Part shown: positions 19,083-30,758 of the stretch, piece after piece
How the letters are laid out: every line of letters begins with the position of its first letter
Position numbering within the stretch: the first letter of the stretch is position 1
Assembly: GCA_041695085.1 (NCBI GenBank)
Contig: JBGFRO010000041.1
Coordinates: forward strand, 78,245 to 142,244
Reading direction: 5' to 3'
DNA from: Bacteroidota bacterium
GTDB lineage: Bacteria; Bacteroidota; Ignavibacteria; UBA10030
DNA: 64,000 bases
The notes under the pieces: generated by a model
The model's input: only the letters and a program-made list of their open reading frames with translations
Told to the model about the DNA's origin: nothing
Database searches by the model: none
Made by a program: the position numbers and the translations under genes

Positions 19083-19268
19083 TTACCAGCTTGCCTTGCG
19101 CAGGCCAGGGATTTTTCCTTCCAGCGCGAGATTGCGCAAGCAGATGCGGCAGATGCCGAACTTCCTGTAGAACGCACGCGGGCGTCCGCAGATGTTACAC
19201 CGGTTATGTTGGCGAACCTTGTACTTCGGCGTCTTCTTCGCCTTAACCCTCATTGCTAAACGTGCCAA
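19083..19268 (-). CDS. rpsN: 30S ribosomal protein S14, zinc-binding type Z
   Basis: 61 aa, RCNICGRPR...FGICRIC...IPGLRKASW; TTG start. Confidence 0.98.
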   Translation of the reverse strand: MARLAMRVKAKKTPKYKVRQHNRCNICGRPRAFYRKFGICRICLRNLALEGKIPGLRKASW

Positions 19269-19289
19269 AGCTGCTCCTTTTCTGAATCG

Positions 19290-19976
19290 TTATGCTGCCG
19301 TCGCAGTCTGCAACACTTCCTGTCTTTTTACGAACGGAAGTCCCAACGCCTTCAACAGCTCATAGGCTTCTTCGTCCGTCTTTGCGGTGGTGACAAAGGT
19401 GATGTCCATCCCGCTGATCCGCGACACCTTGTCGACATCGATCTCCGGGAAGATGATTTGTTCTTTGACACCCAGCGTATAGTTCCCGTGCCCATCGAAT
19501 GATCGATCCGAAACCCCTCGGAAGTCGCGCACGCGCGGAAGAGCGATGTTGATGAGGCGATCCAGAAACTCATACATCGTCGCCCGTCGGAGTGTCACTC
19601 TGCAGCCGATGGGGAGTCCTTCTCGTAACTTGAAATTCGAAATTGCTTTCTTGGATTTCGTCACGGCCACTTTTTGACCCGTAATGAGCTCTAACTCCTT
19701 TACCGCCGTGTCGAGAATCTTCGGGTCCTGCGTTGCGCTTCCGACACCCATGTTGACGGAGATCTTCTCCAGACGCGGCACCTGCATGACATTCTTGTAG
19801 TTGAAGCGCTTCATCATGTAGGGAATGACGTCCTTCTTATACTGCAGGAACAGGCGAGGAGGAACGCCCTTCTCGCGCACACCCCCCTGTTTCTTCCCGC
19901 CGCCTTCTCCCACCGGTCTTTCAGGCTTCGAGCCCTTCTTCTCTTTTTGTTCTTTTTGTTCTTTGTCTTTTGCCAT
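19290..19976 (-). CDS. rplE: 50S ribosomal protein L5 with Lys/Gly-rich N-terminal extension
   Basis: [48 protein letters not shown]. Confidence 0.98.
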   Translation of the reverse strand: MAKDKEQKEQKEKKGSKPERPVGEGGGKKQGGVREKGVPPRLFLQYKKDVIPYMMKRFNYKNVMQVPRLEKISVNMGVGSATQDPKILDTAVKELELITGQKVAVTKSKKAISNFKLREGLPIGCRVTLRRATMYEFLDRLINIALPRVRDFRGVSDRSFDGHGNYTLGVKEQIIFPEIDVDKVSRISGMDITFVTTAKTDEEAYELLKALGLPFVKRQEVLQTATAA

Positions 19977-20009
19977 AAATCGTACCTACCTCCTTAGAGG
20001 TGCATCCAC

Positions 20010-20333
20010 TTAAAACATTTCGCCCGATTTTCGAGAAATACGCATTGCTTTCCGTTTCCCTGTGGTTGGGTCTGTGACATGTTTGTAGCCGATGCGCGTC
20101 GGCTCGTTCGTCTTCGGGTCGATTACCATGACGTTCGAAGCGTGGATGGGAGCTTCTTTTTGCATAATCCCCCCTTGGCGATTCTTCTGCGAGGGGCGCG
20201 TATGGCGTTTTACCACATTCACCCCTTCGACGATGACCCGGTTCTTTTCCGGAAACACCTTCAACACTTTTCCTTGCTTGCCTTTGAAGTTACCGGCGAT
20301 CACCATAACCGTATCGTTCTTATGAACGTGCAT
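20010..20333 (-). CDS. rplX: 50S ribosomal protein L24
   Basis: KOW motif [25 protein letters not shown]. Confidence 0.98.
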   Translation of the reverse strand: MHVHKNDTVMVIAGNFKGKQGKVLKVFPEKNRVIVEGVNVVKRHTRPSQKNRQGGIMQKEAPIHASNVMVIDPKTNEPTRIGYKHVTDPTTGKRKAMRISRKSGEMF

Positions 20334-20351
20334 ACTCCGTTCCTTTTTTTC

Positions 20352-20720
20352 TTACAAGACCTCAGGTGCGAGCGAGACGATCTTCATGTACTGCCGCTCA
20401 CGCAGTTCGCGTGCGACAGGTCCAAAAATACGTGTTCCGCGGGGCTCTCCTTGCTGATTCAATAACACAACCGCATTCTCATCGAAGCGAATGTACGAGC
20501 CGTCTTTGCGTCCCACTTCCTTCTTGGTGCGCACGACGACCGCTCGCGAGACATCCCCCTTCTTCACAGGGGCTCCGGGAATGGCGCTTTTCACCGACAC
20601 GACTACGAGATCGCCCAAGGAGGCGTAACGCTTGTCGTGTCCACCGAGGACGCGAATGCAGCGCACCTTCTTGGCGCCTGAGTTATCCGCAACTACTAAG
20701 TTCGTTTCTTCTTGAATCAT
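20352..20720 (-). CDS. rplN: 50S ribosomal protein L14
   Basis: [28 protein letters not shown]. Confidence 0.99.
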   Translation of the reverse strand: MIQEETNLVVADNSGAKKVRCIRVLGGHDKRYASLGDLVVVSVKSAIPGAPVKKGDVSRAVVVRTKKEVGRKDGSYIRFDENAVVLLNQQGEPRGTRIFGPVARELRERQYMKIVSLAPEVL

Positions 20721-20762
20721 GATCGTCGCTCCGGCATGAGGTCAGAAACCTGCAGTGAGGAA

Positions 20763-21044
20763 TTACTTTGCTTTCTCCAAGATCTCCACCAGGCGCCATC
20801 GCTTCCGCTTGCTGAGCGGCCGCGTCTCCATCACTTTCACCACATCACCAATTCCCGCCTCCTGCTTTTCGTCATGAGCCATGAGCGTGGAGGTTTGTTT
20901 GTAGTACTTCTTGTACAAAGGATGAGGAACCCTACGCTCCAAGGAGACCACGATGCTCTTCTGCATTTTATTGCTGATCACCTTGCCGATACGAACTTTC
21001 CGCCGGTTACGTTGCGAGGCGGAGGTTGTTGCTTCAGTACTCAT
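20763..21044 (-). CDS. rpsQ: 30S ribosomal protein S17
   Basis: [35 protein letters not shown]. Confidence 0.98.
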   Translation of the reverse strand: MSTEATTSASQRNRRKVRIGKVISNKMQKSIVVSLERRVPHPLYKKYYKQTSTLMAHDEKQEAGIGDVVKVMETRPLSKRKRWRLVEILEKAK

Positions 21045-21047
21045 CCT

Positions 21048-21287
21048 TTACACCTTCTTCTCTTGTTCGGTGGTTACCGGTTGCGGAGTTGCCGACGGCT
21101 TGATGTGCCGCTCACGCAGCACCGTCTTCATCCGCGCAATATCTCTGCGAATGAGCTTCAGCTTCATTGGATTCTCAAGCTGATTGATGACCTTCTGAAA
21201 CCGAAGGTTGGCCAGGCTCTCCTCTTCTTCCTGGATACGCTTGATCAATTCAGCATCGGACAACTGTCGAAATTCAAATGCTTTCAT
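21048..21287 (-). CDS. rpmC: 50S ribosomal protein L29
   Basis: LANLRFQ, QLENP, RRDIARMKTVLRER; operon position. Confidence 0.96.
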   Translation of the reverse strand: MKAFEFRQLSDAELIKRIQEEEESLANLRFQKVINQLENPMKLKLIRRDIARMKTVLRERHIKPSATPQPVTTEQEKKV

Positions 21288-21302
21288 ACGCTTTCTGGTC
21301 TC

Positions 21303-21725
21303 TTAGTGTCCTTCGTAATCTAAACGAGTGACAACCTTCGTCTTGATGGGGAGCTTGTGCTTCGCGAGATGAAAAGCCTCTTCCGCCACCGCGCGCGTTA
21401 CTCCGCCAAGCTCAAACAGCACCCGGCCCGGCTTTACTACAGCAACCCAGAATTCCGGTATGCCCTTCCCACTTCCCATACGAGTCTCCAACGGCTTCTT
21501 CGTGACTGGCTTATCCGGAAAGATGCGAATCCAGACTTTCCCTTCGCGCTTCATCATGCGGGTCAGGGCAACGCGCGAGGCCTCGATTTGTCGCTGTGTA
21601 ATCCAACCCGGTTCGAGCGCCTTCAATCCAAAATCGCCAAATGCGATCGTGTTTCCCCGAGTCGCTTTACCGCGACGACGACCCCGTTGGGCTTTTCGAA
21701 ACTTGACTCTCTTGGGCATCAACAT
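21303..21725 (-). CDS. rplP: 50S ribosomal protein L16
   Basis: [29 protein letters not shown]. Confidence 0.99.
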   Translation of the reverse strand: MLMPKRVKFRKAQRGRRRGKATRGNTIAFGDFGLKALEPGWITQRQIEASRVALTRMMKREGKVWIRIFPDKPVTKKPLETRMGSGKGIPEFWVAVVKPGRVLFELGGVTRAVAEEAFHLAKHKLPIKTKVVTRLDYEGH

Positions 21726-21784
21726 AGGTTACCAGACTCCTTGTTCATTCTGCGATGCAGTCCCGTCGGATGCACACGCCCGGA

Positions 21785-22423
21785 TTATCGCGTTGCAGGA
21801 CCGAGGATCTCCCCCTTGCAGATCCACACCTTGACGCCGATGGCGCCATAGATGGTGCGAGCCGTTGCGGTGGCGTAATCAATATCGGCTCGAATGGTGT
21901 GAAGCGGAATACGCCCCTCTTTGTATTGCTCGCTGCGGGCAATCTCGGCTCCGCCCAGCCGTCCTCCGCACATCACGCGAATTCCCTCAGCTCCCATCCG
22001 CATCGCCGCCGTGATCGCCTGCTTCATTGCGCGACGGAAGGAGATACGGCCCTCAATTTGCGAGGCGATATTCTCCGCAACGAGCGCTGCATCGAGCTCA
22101 GGACGCTTGATCTCGTGGATCAGAATCTTCACCTCTTTTGAAGTCACCTTCTTTAACTCTTCTTCCAATTGAGCGATCTCTTTCCCACTCTTACCAATGA
22201 CAATACCGGGGCGGGAGGTGTGGATCGTGATAACGGCGCGTTTCGGCGTTCTGTCGATCTGAATCCGGGAGATGCCTGCTTTCTTCAACCGGTTACGGAC
22301 GTAATTCCGCACCATCAAGTCTTCCTGCAACTTCCCCGCGAATCCCTTCTCATCATACCAGTTGGCATCCCATGTTTTGGTGATGCCGAGCCGAAATCCT
22401 ACCGGATTGGTTTTTTGACCCAA
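21785..22423 (-). CDS. rpsC: 30S ribosomal protein S3
   Basis: [32 protein letters not shown]; TTG start at 22423 after AGGAGG. Confidence 0.98.
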   Translation of the reverse strand: MGQKTNPVGFRLGITKTWDANWYDEKGFAGKLQEDLMVRNYVRNRLKKAGISRIQIDRTPKRAVITIHTSRPGIVIGKSGKEIAQLEEELKKVTSKEVKILIHEIKRPELDAALVAENIASQIEGRISFRRAMKQAITAAMRMGAEGIRVMCGGRLGGAEIARSEQYKEGRIPLHTIRADIDYATATARTIYGAIGVKVWICKGEILGPATR

Positions 22424-22436
22424 GAGATCCTCCTGA

Positions 22437-22913
22437 TTACGATTCTTTCGTGACGGTCTTCGTTGCGGCCGACTTCTTCGACCGTATCGTCTTCTTCTTT
22501 GCTGTTTCTGCCGCTTCTGCTTTGGGAGCCGCCTCGGTTGCTTTCGCTCGAGGCGCAACATGGACTTTCTCCGGCCTGCGGGCAACGACAATCGTCAAAT
22601 GATGTGATCGCTTCCGTATGCGGTAGGCCCGCCCCATCGGTGCCGGCATGATGCGCTTCATCGTCGGTCCGCCATCGACGAACGCTTCCTTCACAAACAC
22701 GTGTGTCGGATCGATCCGACCGCTCTCATCTTTGTTCTGAAGATTGGAGATCGCGGAACGCAGAACCTTCTCCGCTGTTTTCGAGGCATGCTTCGGCGAG
22801 AAGTGCAGAATGGAGAGAGCCTCCTCCACACCTCGCCCTCTGATGAGATCGATTACCAGTCGCATCTTCCTCGGCGACGTTCCGACAAATCTGTTAATTG
22901 CTCGTGCTTCCAT
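22437..22913 (-). CDS. rplV: 50S ribosomal protein L22 with Lys/Ala-rich C-terminal tail
   Basis: [38 protein letters not shown]. Confidence 0.97.
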   Translation of the reverse strand: MEARAINRFVGTSPRKMRLVIDLIRGRGVEEALSILHFSPKHASKTAEKVLRSAISNLQNKDESGRIDPTHVFVKEAFVDGGPTMKRIMPAPMGRAYRIRKRSHHLTIVVARRPEKVHVAPRAKATEAAPKAEAAETAKKKTIRSKKSAATKTVTKES

Positions 22914-22967
22914 AGATCTTCCTTTTACCACACGGTCGACGACGTCAACCGCGATATCTCTCTGTTA

Positions 22968-23255
22968 TTATGCGGGAGACGTTGTCTTTTCACTCTTGAT
23001 GCCGGGATGTGCCCGGAAGATACGTGTCGGGGCAAACTCTCCCAGCTTGTGTCCCACCATTGCTTCCTGAATGTAGACGGGAATGAACTTATTGCCGTTG
23101 TGCACCGCGAAGGTATGCCCCACGAAGTCCGGGATGATGGTGCAATCCCTCGCCCATGTCTTGATGACCCTTTTTTGATTCGACTTGTTGAGAGCTTCGA
23201 CTTTCTTCTGCAATTTCGGGTCAACGTATGGACCCTTTTTTAAGGAACGGCTCAT
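22968..23255 (-). CDS. rpsS: 30S ribosomal protein S19
   Basis: [29 protein letters not shown]. Confidence 0.99.
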   Translation of the reverse strand: MSRSLKKGPYVDPKLQKKVEALNKSNQKRVIKTWARDCTIIPDFVGHTFAVHNGNKFIPVYIQEAMVGHKLGEFAPTRIFRAHPGIKSEKTTSPA

Positions 23256-23276
23256 TGCTTTCGATTCTCGTTAGGT

Positions 23277-24110
23277 TTACTTGCGGCGTTTGACGATGTA
23301 CTTGTTCGATGGATTCTTCTTTTTGCGCGTCTTCAAACCCTTTGCGTATTTCCCCCATGGCGATTCGGGGTGTTGCCAGCCACCGCCACTCTTTGAGCGA
23401 CCCTCACCACCCCCCATCGGGTGATCGACCGGGTTCATGGCCATACCACGGGTTTGAGGACGAATTCCAAGCCAACGCGAGCGCCCTGCTTTTCCGAGAC
23501 TGATATTCTCGTGGTCGGCGTTGCTCACCATGCCGATGGTGGCATAGCAATCGATTCGCACTTTGCGAACTTCGCCTGAAGGGAGTTTCAGCGTGGCGAA
23601 CTCTCCCTCTTTCGCCATGAGCTGAATCGAGTTGCCAGCACTCCGACCGACCTGCCCTCCCTTGCCCGGGCGAAGTTCCACGTTGTGCACGAAGGTTCCG
23701 ACCGGAATCTCACCAAGCGGTAACGCGTTCCCTGTTTGCACTTCGACACCGGACCCGGCTTGCACGGTCTGGCCGACTTTCAATCCATCCGGCGCGATGA
23801 TGTAGCGTTTCTCGCCATCCACATAATGCAAGAGCGCGATACGGGCGGAGCGGTTCGGATCGTACTCAATCGCAGCCACCTTTGCATCGACGCCTCGCTT
23901 ATCACGCTTGAAGTCGATGAGCCGGTAGCGGCGCTTGTGACCGCCGCCGCGATGGCGCGAGGTGATGCGGCCGAGGTTGTTACGCCCTCCACTCTTTTTC
24001 AGCGGACGAAGGAGCGATTTCTCCGGCTCGGTCTTGGTGATCTCCTCGAACGTTGAGATCGAGTAGAACCGAGTGGCCGGCGTCATTGGTCGTAGTTTTC
24101 GGATTGCCAT
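23277..24110 (-). CDS. rplB: 50S ribosomal protein L2
   Basis: [27 protein letters not shown]. Confidence 0.99.
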   Translation of the reverse strand: MAIRKLRPMTPATRFYSISTFEEITKTEPEKSLLRPLKKSGGRNNLGRITSRHRGGGHKRRYRLIDFKRDKRGVDAKVAAIEYDPNRSARIALLHYVDGEKRYIIAPDGLKVGQTVQAGSGVEVQTGNALPLGEIPVGTFVHNVELRPGKGGQVGRSAGNSIQLMAKEGEFATLKLPSGEVRKVRIDCYATIGMVSNADHENISLGKAGRSRWLGIRPQTRGMAMNPVDHPMGGGEGRSKSGGGWQHPESPWGKYAKGLKTRKKKNPSNKYIVKRRK

Positions 24111-24132
24111 AACGTGCCTGCCGTTCCTTCAA

Positions 24133-24423
24133 TCAAACATTCTCAAAGTAATCGATCTTGTCCCCTTCTTTGAGGGTGACGATCGCTTTCTTCCACGTAG
24201 CGGTTCGCCCCTCGAATCGTCCGCGGCGCGTCATCTGCGCTTTTCGCTTTCCTTTGACGACCACGGTGCGAACACCGGTTACCCTCACTTTGAACTTCGC
24301 CTCAACCGCTTTTGCGATCTCGATCTTGTTTGCATCCTTCAACACTTCAAAAGCGTATTGCCGCTGACCCTGCAAGCGGGTAATCTTCTCTGTTACAATG
24401 GGACGTGTTAGGATTCCGGACAT
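24133..24423 (-). CDS. rplW: 50S ribosomal protein L23
   Basis: PIVTEK, ANKIEIAKAVE, WKKAIVTLKEG. Confidence 0.98.
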   Translation of the reverse strand: MSGILTRPIVTEKITRLQGQRQYAFEVLKDANKIEIAKAVEAKFKVRVTGVRTVVVKGKRKAQMTRRGRFEGRTATWKKAIVTLKEGDKIDYFENV

Positions 24424-24432
24424 AGGATTGAC

Positions 24433-25065
24433 TCAATTCTTCAACGAGTTCTGTAACACTTCAACGGCGCTCTTCTGGATGAGGAGCACCTGATTATTGA
24501 GAATATCGAACGTCGAAGCCTTATCCGCTTCGCGGATGTTCAGGTGAGCGATATTCCGGCCGGATTTGAAGATCGCTTGATCAGTCTTCGGCGTCAGGAA
24601 CAACGTCTTCTTACCGCTCAGGGACAACGCTTTTAATACAGATGCCATCTCTCTGGTCTTGGGAGCATCGATCGTGAAATCCTCCACGACGAGAATCGCC
24701 TGGTCTTTCGCCTTGTAGCTGAGTGCGGATTTGCGTGCGAGCGTTTTGACCCTTGCCGGGAGTTTCACGACGTAGTCGTGCGGTTGAGGGCCGAAAATCG
24801 ATCCGCCACCGACCCAGAGGGGGGATCGGATCGTTCCGGCACGCGCTCGTCCGGTTTTCTTCTGCCGATATGGCTTTTTGCCGCCGCCGCGTACTTCATT
24901 CCGCGGTTTCACCTTATGCGTGCCCTGGCGTTGATTCGCCTGAATGGAACGAATGGCCTGATAGATCGCGTGGTCGTTCGGGGTGATCTCAAAGATCTCC
25001 GGCGCCAGCTTTACCTTCTCGCCGCTCTTCGTTCCGTCTTTCTTATAGACTTCGAGTTCCATCAT
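24433..25065 (-). CDS. rplD: 50S ribosomal protein L4
   Basis: RQGTH, GGGKKPYRQKKTGRARAG, SPLWVGGG..FGPQP. Confidence 0.98.
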   Translation of the reverse strand: MMELEVYKKDGTKSGEKVKLAPEIFEITPNDHAIYQAIRSIQANQRQGTHKVKPRNEVRGGGKKPYRQKKTGRARAGTIRSPLWVGGGSIFGPQPHDYVVKLPARVKTLARKSALSYKAKDQAILVVEDFTIDAPKTREMASVLKALSLSGKKTLFLTPKTDQAIFKSGRNIAHLNIREADKASTFDILNNQVLLIQKSAVEVLQNSLKN

Positions 25066-25086
25066 TCAGCTTCCTCAGAACAAGGC

Positions 25087-25713
25087 TCAGCCTTGCTTTA
25101 CAATTTCGAGATAACTATTAATTGCCCCGGGGACCGAACCTTTCACAATCAGGATGTTCGAATCGGCAATCACCTTTAACACTTTCAGATTCTTGACGGT
25201 AACACGATCCCCGCCCATGCGACCCGCCATCCGCATTCCTTTGAACACGCGCGAGGGGAATGAGCTTCCACCGATCGATCCGGGGGCACGGACACGATCA
25301 GACTGACCGTGTGTCGTCATGCCGACGCCGCCGAAGTGATGGCGCTTGACGACGCCTTGGAAGCCGCGACCCTTCGATCGTCCGGTCACGTCTACCGTGT
25401 CTCCTTGATGGAAGAGATCGACTTTCACTTCCGCACCCAATTCCAGCTTCATACCGTTGAAGTTGCGGAACTCCGAGAGGAGGCGAAGCGGCTTGACGCC
25501 GGATTTTTTGAAATGCCCCTTTGTCGGTTTGTTAACGAGGCGCTCTTTGATCTCATCGAAACCGAGCTGCACTGCGTCGTACCCATCTTTTTCCTTGGTC
25601 TTAATCTGGGTGACGTAGCATGGACCCGCCTCGATGATGGTGCATGGGATCATCTGCCCATTCTCATCAAAGATGCTTGTCATACCAAGCTTTTTACCTA
25701 AGATGCCGCTCAC
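25087..25713 (-). CDS. rplC: 50S ribosomal protein L3
   Basis: [34 protein letters not shown]; GTG start. Confidence 0.99.
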   Translation of the reverse strand: MSGILGKKLGMTSIFDENGQMIPCTIIEAGPCYVTQIKTKEKDGYDAVQLGFDEIKERLVNKPTKGHFKKSGVKPLRLLSEFRNFNGMKLELGAEVKVDLFHQGDTVDVTGRSKGRGFQGVVKRHHFGGVGMTTHGQSDRVRAPGSIGGSSFPSRVFKGMRMAGRMGGDRVTVKNLKVLKVIADSNILIVKGSVPGAINSYLEIVKQG

Positions 25714-25801
25714 TGTTCTGCTCCTGAGTCATCTCCCCCTCCGAATCACTCCGTTGTGTCGGGCCGGGGATACACATTGGTCAATACGTGTGAAGCCTTC
25801 G

Positions 25802-26110
25802 CTACACCTTGATCTCAACATCCACACCAGCGGGCAATTCGAGTTTCATCAGGGAATCGACCGTCTTGCTCGTGGAGTTGAGAATGTCGATCAGTCGCTT
25901 ATGCGAACGTGTTTCAAATTGCTCGCGCGATTTTTTGTCGACGTGAGGGGACCGGTTCACCACGAAGAGCGACCGTTTGGTCGGCAAAGGGATGGGACCA
26001 GACACAACGGCACCGGTCGACTTCACGGTTTTGATGATCTTCTCCGCCGATTTATCGATCAGGTTGTGATCGTACGACTTCAACTTGATACGAATCTTTT
26101 GACCAGCCAA
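25802..26110 (-). CDS. rpsJ: 30S ribosomal protein S10
   Basis: [30 protein letters not shown]; TTG start. Confidence 0.99.
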   Translation of the reverse strand: MAGQKIRIKLKSYDHNLIDKSAEKIIKTVKSTGAVVSGPIPLPTKRSLFVVNRSPHVDKKSREQFETRSHKRLIDILNSTSKTVDSLMKLELPAGVDVEIKV

Positions 26111-26140
26111 CGACTAATCCTCGCTGATTGACACGTGAGA

Positions 26141-26178
26141 AAAAGCAACGGGTTCCAACCGAAGCCGGAACCCGGAAA
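26141..26178 (-). terminator. Terminator-like hairpin after tuf
   Basis: Minus strand CGGGTTCCGGCTTCGGTTGGAACCCG followed by TTGCTTTTT. Confidence 0.5.
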
Positions 26179-26181
26179 ACG

Positions 26182-27393
26182 TTACTCGATGATCTTGGTA
26201 ACGACGCCAGCGCCAACGGTGCGACCGCCTTCGCGAATAGCGAAGCGAAGCCCTTCTTCCATTGCGATCTCGGAGATCAACTCCACGTTGATCGCGTCCA
26301 GGTTGTCACCGGGCATCACCATTTCGACACCCGGGGGGAGAGTAACGACGCCCGTGACGTCCGTCGTCCGGAAATAGAACTGTGGACGATATCCATTCAA
26401 GAACGGCGTGTGGCGTCCGCCTTCTTCCTTCTTCAGGACGTACACTTGTGCCGTGAACTTCTTATGGGGCGTAATCGAACCCGGCTTGGCGATAACCATA
26501 CCACGCTCCAATTCGTTCTTCTCGACGCCGCGGAGAAGCAATCCGGCATTGTCGCCCGCCTGAACTTCGTCCAATTCCTTGCGGAACATCTCAGCACCGG
26601 TGATGACGGTCTTCTTGTGTGCACCCAGACCGACGATTTCAACCTCATCGCCGACTTTTGCACGGCCGCGCTCAACCCGTCCGGTTCCGACCGTCCCGCG
26701 ACCGGTAATCGAAAATACGTCTTCCACCGGCATCAAGAACGGCTTGTCGATGTCGCGTTTCGGGATAGGAATGTAGGAGTCAACTGCCGCCATCAAATCA
26801 TAGATGCACTTGAATGCAGGATCATCCGGCGAGCTATCCGGACGCAGCGCCGCTTCCATCGCCTTCAGCGCCGATCCGCGGATAATGGGAATCTCGTCAC
26901 CGGGGTACTCATATTTCTTTAACAAGTCACGCAACTCGAGCTCGACCAGATCGAGCAACTCAGGATCATCCACGGCATCGACCTTATTCATGAAGACAAC
27001 GATGCGGGGCACACCGACCTGGCGGGCGAGCAGGATGTGCTCGCGCGTTTGCGGCATCGGTCCATCGGTAGCTGCAACGACGAGGATGGCTCCGTCCATC
27101 TGCGCGGCACCCGTGATCATGTTCTTAACGTAGTCAGCGTGGCCGGGACAGTCCACGTGTGCGTAGTGACGGTTCTCCGTCGAATATTCCACGTGCGCCG
27201 TTGCAATGGTGATACCGCGCGCCTTCTCTTCGGGGGCGTTGTCGATCGAATCAAACGTGCGAACCTCCGACAAGCCCTTCTTCGCCAAGACCATGGTAAT
27301 CGCCGCGGTCAGCGTGGTCTTGCCGTGGTCGACGTGACCAATCGTGCCGACGTTCACGTGCGGCTTGCTGCGATCAAATTTTCCCTTTGCCAT
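26182..27393 (-). CDS. tuf: Elongation factor Tu
   Basis: [47 protein letters not shown]. Confidence 0.99.
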   Translation of the reverse strand: MAKGKFDRSKPHVNVGTIGHVDHGKTTLTAAITMVLAKKGLSEVRTFDSIDNAPEEKARGITIATAHVEYSTENRHYAHVDCPGHADYVKNMITGAAQMDGAILVVAATDGPMPQTREHILLARQVGVPRIVVFMNKVDAVDDPELLDLVELELRDLLKKYEYPGDEIPIIRGSALKAMEAALRPDSSPDDPAFKCIYDLMAAVDSYIPIPKRDIDKPFLMPVEDVFSITGRGTVGTGRVERGRAKVGDEVEIVGLGAHKKTVITGAEMFRKELDEVQAGDNAGLLLRGVEKNELERGMVIAKPGSITPHKKFTAQVYVLKKEEGGRHTPFLNGYRPQFYFRTTDVTGVVTLPPGVEMVMPGDNLDAINVELISEIAMEEGLRFAIREGGRTVGAGVVTKIIE

Positions 27394-27444
27394 TGGATTG
27401 ATCTCCTTTTGTTGTGTCGTTGGTCTAGTAATGCGTTACACTTG

Positions 27445-29547
27445 TTAGGCAGGAACGCTTTCCTTGCCTTTGACTTTCTCGATAATTTGATCCGAGATGG
27501 ACTTGGGAGCTTGCTCATAATGGGCAAACTGCATCGTGTAGAGCGCACGCCCTTGCGTCATCGACCGAAGGATCGTCGCATATCCGAACATTTCGGAAAG
27601 CGGAACCATCGCCTTGATCACCTGCGCATCCTTGCGCGGAATCATGCCTTCGATCTTCCCGCGACGCGAATTCAAGTCGCCCATCACATCGCCGAGATAC
27701 TCTTCAGGCGTCACCACCTCGACCGCCATGACTGGTTCGAGAATGATCGGCCCCGCTTTCCGGGCAGCCTCTTTGAACGCCATGGAGCCGGCAACTTTGA
27801 AGGCCATCTCAGAAGAATCGACAGGGTGGAACGAACCATCAAAGAGTTTCACCTTTACGTCTTCCACAGGATAACCCGCCAGGACACCGTTCCGCATCGC
27901 CTCGATGATCCCTTCTTCTATCGGCTTAATGTACTCCTTCGGTACCACGCCGCCCACGATCGCGTTCTCGAACTCGAAGCCCTTTCCTTTTTCATTGGGC
28001 TCGATTTCGATGACCACATGACCGTATTGGCCGCGGCCGCCGCTCTGCCGCACGAACTTGCCTTCGGCAGTGACTTTCTTCGTGATGGTTTCCTTATAAG
28101 CGACCTGCGGCTTGCCGACATTGGCTTCAACTTTGAACTCACGCTTCATCCGGTCAACGATAATTTCGAGATGAAGCTCACCCATACCGCTGATGATTGT
28201 CTGCCCTGTCTCTTCATTACTTGAAACCCGGAACGTCGGATCCTCCTCCGCCAGTTTCTGAAGCGCCTCGCTTAACTTCTCCTGATCCGCTTTTGTCTTC
28301 GGTTCAATCGCGACGTCGATCACGGGATCCGGGAATTCCATCTTCTCAAGGATAATCGGATCTTCTTCAACGGTGAGCGTGTCTCCGGTTCTCGTATTCT
28401 TCAAACCGATTGCAGCGACGATCTCTCCGGCATACGCCTCCGTCACCTCCTCACGATGGTTCGCGTGCATGCGGAGAATACGGGCGACGCGCTCTTTGCG
28501 GTCGCTGGTCGCATTGTAAACATAGGAGCCAGACGACAAGGAACCCGAGTAAATGCGGAAATACGTCAACCGACCGACGAAGGGATCGGTCATAATCTTG
28601 AATGCGAGAGCTGTAAACTTTTCATTATCGCTCACCTTCCGCACCACGTCATCCGAACGGTGCGGGTGATGGCCATGAATTTCGCCATTATTGATATCCA
28701 ACGGTGACGGCAGGAAGTCAACGACCGCGTCGAGAAGAAGCTGAACACCCTTGTTCTTGAACGAAGAACCGCACAGCACGGGAATAATACTCACCTTCAA
28801 CGCAGCACGCCGCAACACGGCCCGGATCTCCGCCGGGGAGATCTCTTTCCCTTCAAGATACTTTTCGAGAAGGGTGTCGTCTTCGTCTGCAACGGCCTCG
28901 AGCATTTTGATACGATACTCGTTGGCTCTCGCTTTGAGGCTTTCCGGGATGTCGATATCATCCCACGACGTTCCCTGCGTCCCTTCGTGGTACATTCGCG
29001 CCTTCATCGTAATGAGATCGATGATGCCCGCGAACATATCCCCTTGACCAACGGGGAGCTGGACCGGAACAGCATTTGCACCGAGCCGCTGCTTTATCAT
29101 ATCAACCACGCCAAGAAAGTCTGCGCCCGCGCGATCCATTTTGTTCACAAAAGCGATACGAGGGACCCCATACTTGTCCGCCTGACGCCAAACCGTCTCG
29201 GATTGCGGCTCCACGCCTCCGACGGAACAAAACAGCGCAACAGCGCCGTCCAGCACGCGCAGCGAGCGCTCCACTTCAATCGTGAAGTCAACGTGCCCCG
29301 GCGTATCGATGATATTAATACGGTGGTTATTCCAAAAGCAGGTAGTTGCGGCACTTGTAATCGTAATGCCGCGCTCCTTCTCCTGCTCCATCCAGTCCAT
29401 CGTTGCAGCACCGTCATGGACCTCCCCCATCCGATGGAGCACACCGGTGTAGAAGAGGATGCGCTCGGTCGTCGTCGTCTTACCGGCATCGATGTGCGCC
29501 ATGATGCCGATGTTTCTCGTCTTCTCTAAAGAATATTCTCTGGGCAT
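27445..29547 (-). CDS. fusA: Elongation factor G
   Basis: [32 protein letters not shown]. Confidence 0.99.
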   Translation of the reverse strand: MPREYSLEKTRNIGIMAHIDAGKTTTTERILFYTGVLHRMGEVHDGAATMDWMEQEKERGITITSAATTCFWNNHRINIIDTPGHVDFTIEVERSLRVLDGAVALFCSVGGVEPQSETVWRQADKYGVPRIAFVNKMDRAGADFLGVVDMIKQRLGANAVPVQLPVGQGDMFAGIIDLITMKARMYHEGTQGTSWDDIDIPESLKARANEYRIKMLEAVADEDDTLLEKYLEGKEISPAEIRAVLRRAALKVSIIPVLCGSSFKNKGVQLLLDAVVDFLPSPLDINNGEIHGHHPHRSDDVVRKVSDNEKFTALAFKIMTDPFVGRLTYFRIYSGSLSSGSYVYNATSDRKERVARILRMHANHREEVTEAYAGEIVAAIGLKNTRTGDTLTVEEDPIILEKMEFPDPVIDVAIEPKTKADQEKLSEALQKLAEEDPTFRVSSNEETGQTIISGMGELHLEIIVDRMKREFKVEANVGKPQVAYKETITKKVTAEGKFVRQSGGRGQYGHVVIEIEPNEKGKGFEFENAIVGGVVPKEYIKPIEEGIIEAMRNGVLAGYPVEDVKVKLFDGSFHPVDSSEMAFKVAGSMAFKEAARKAGPIILEPVMAVEVVTPEEYLGDVMGDLNSRRGKIEGMIPRKDAQVIKAMVPLSEMFGYATILRSMTQGRALYTMQFAHYEQAPKSISDQIIEKVKGKESVPA

Positions 29548-29630
29548 ACGTAGATCACCAAACCGCCGCGGACACCTCTCCGATGCGGAAACAATGGACA
29601 GTTATTGATTTGAGGCGAAACGAAAACCGA

Positions 29631-30098
29631 CTACCACTTAAAATGGGCGAAGGCCTTGTTGGCCTCGGCCATACGATGGACGTCATCTTTCTTCTTGATC
29701 GCCCCGCCTTCGCCGGCAGCGGCAGCAATCAATTCAGCGGCAAGCTTGTGCGCCATCGATTTATCCGAGCGTTCTTTGGCGTAGCTGATCAGCCAACGGA
29801 TTGCAAGAGCGGTTCGCCGCTCGGGGCGAACTTCTGTGGGAACTTGATAGGTAGCACCACCAACTCTGCGCGCACGAACTTCAATCAAGGGCGAGACATT
29901 GTTCACCGCTTTCTTGAAGACCTCCAGCGGCCTGTTCTTCGTTCGCTCTTCGATCAAATCAAACGCCCCATACAGAATCCGACGCGCCGTATGTTTCTTC
30001 CCACGCTTGAGAAGGGAATTGACAAACCGCGCCACCAGAATATCCTGGAATTTCGGGTCGGGGGTAATGATGCGCTTCGATGCTCGTTTCTTTCTCAT
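29631..30098 (-). CDS. rpsG: 30S ribosomal protein S7
   Basis: [24 protein letters not shown]. Confidence 0.99.
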   Translation of the reverse strand: MRKKRASKRIITPDPKFQDILVARFVNSLLKRGKKHTARRILYGAFDLIEERTKNRPLEVFKKAVNNVSPLIEVRARRVGGATYQVPTEVRPERRTALAIRWLISYAKERSDKSMAHKLAAELIAAAAGEGGAIKKKDDVHRMAEANKAFAHFKW

Positions 30099-30113
30099 CT
30101 GCGATACAGGCGT

Positions 30114-30488
30114 TTACGCCTTAGGTCTCTTGGCTCCGTACTTCGATCTCCCCTGCTTGCGATCCTGAACTCCCTGCGTGTCCAGCGTGCCACGGATGAT
30201 GTGATAGCGAACGCCGGGAAGATCCTTCACTCTTCCACCACGGATCAAGACAATGGAGTGCTCCTGGAGATTGTGCCCCTCACCGGGGATATAAGCGGTC
30301 ACTTCGATTCCATTCGACAGGCGAACGCGCGCCACTTTCCGGAGAGCCGAGTTAGGTTTCTTTGGCGTCGTCGTGTACACCCTCGTGCAAACCCCCCGCT
30401 TCTGGGGGCTTGACTGAAGAGCGGGCGATTTGCTCTTCCAGAAGACTTTTTCTCGACTGTTACGGACCAGCTGATTTATCGTGGGCAA
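30114..30488 (-). CDS. rpsL: 30S ribosomal protein S12
   Basis: [30 protein letters not shown]; TTG start. Confidence 0.99.
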   Translation of the reverse strand: MPTINQLVRNSREKVFWKSKSPALQSSPQKRGVCTRVYTTTPKKPNSALRKVARVRLSNGIEVTAYIPGEGHNLQEHSIVLIRGGRVKDLPGVRYHIIRGTLDTQGVQDRKQGRSKYGAKRPKA

Positions 30489-30527
30489 GCAGCAATGCTC
30501 CTTTAATCCTTATGAAAAAAGCCTACA

Positions 30528-30556
30528 AATATAATGGATTCGAATAGCATTGTCAA
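30528..30556 (-). promoter_or_regulatory. sigma70 promoter of the str (rpsL) operon
   Basis: TTGACA-17 bp-TATATT, 40 bp upstream of rpsL. Confidence 0.75.
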
Positions 30557-30570
30557 CATCTTTTTGATTC

Positions 30571-30752
30571 GCTCTTCCTCCACACCACCCACGATTCTTG
30601 GCGCATCTACGGAAGGAGGTCATAGACGTGATACGGGAGTGCGCCAAGAATTGAACGCACGCCATCGCTTTCCAACCCGCGCGCCGTGATTTCGAGATCC
30701 TCCCGCTTGCTCCACTTAAGTTGTAACGACTCTCTCAAAATCGGACTTGAGG
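30571..30752. mobile_element. Structured repeat element, copy 3 (about half length, opposite orientation)
   Basis: Reverse complement of about 48147-48326. Keeps one end (TCGGACTTGAGG). Flanked by TGATTC at 30565-30570 and 30753-30758. Lies between the rpoC stop and the rpsL promoter. Confidence 0.85.
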
Positions 30753-30758
30753 TGATTC

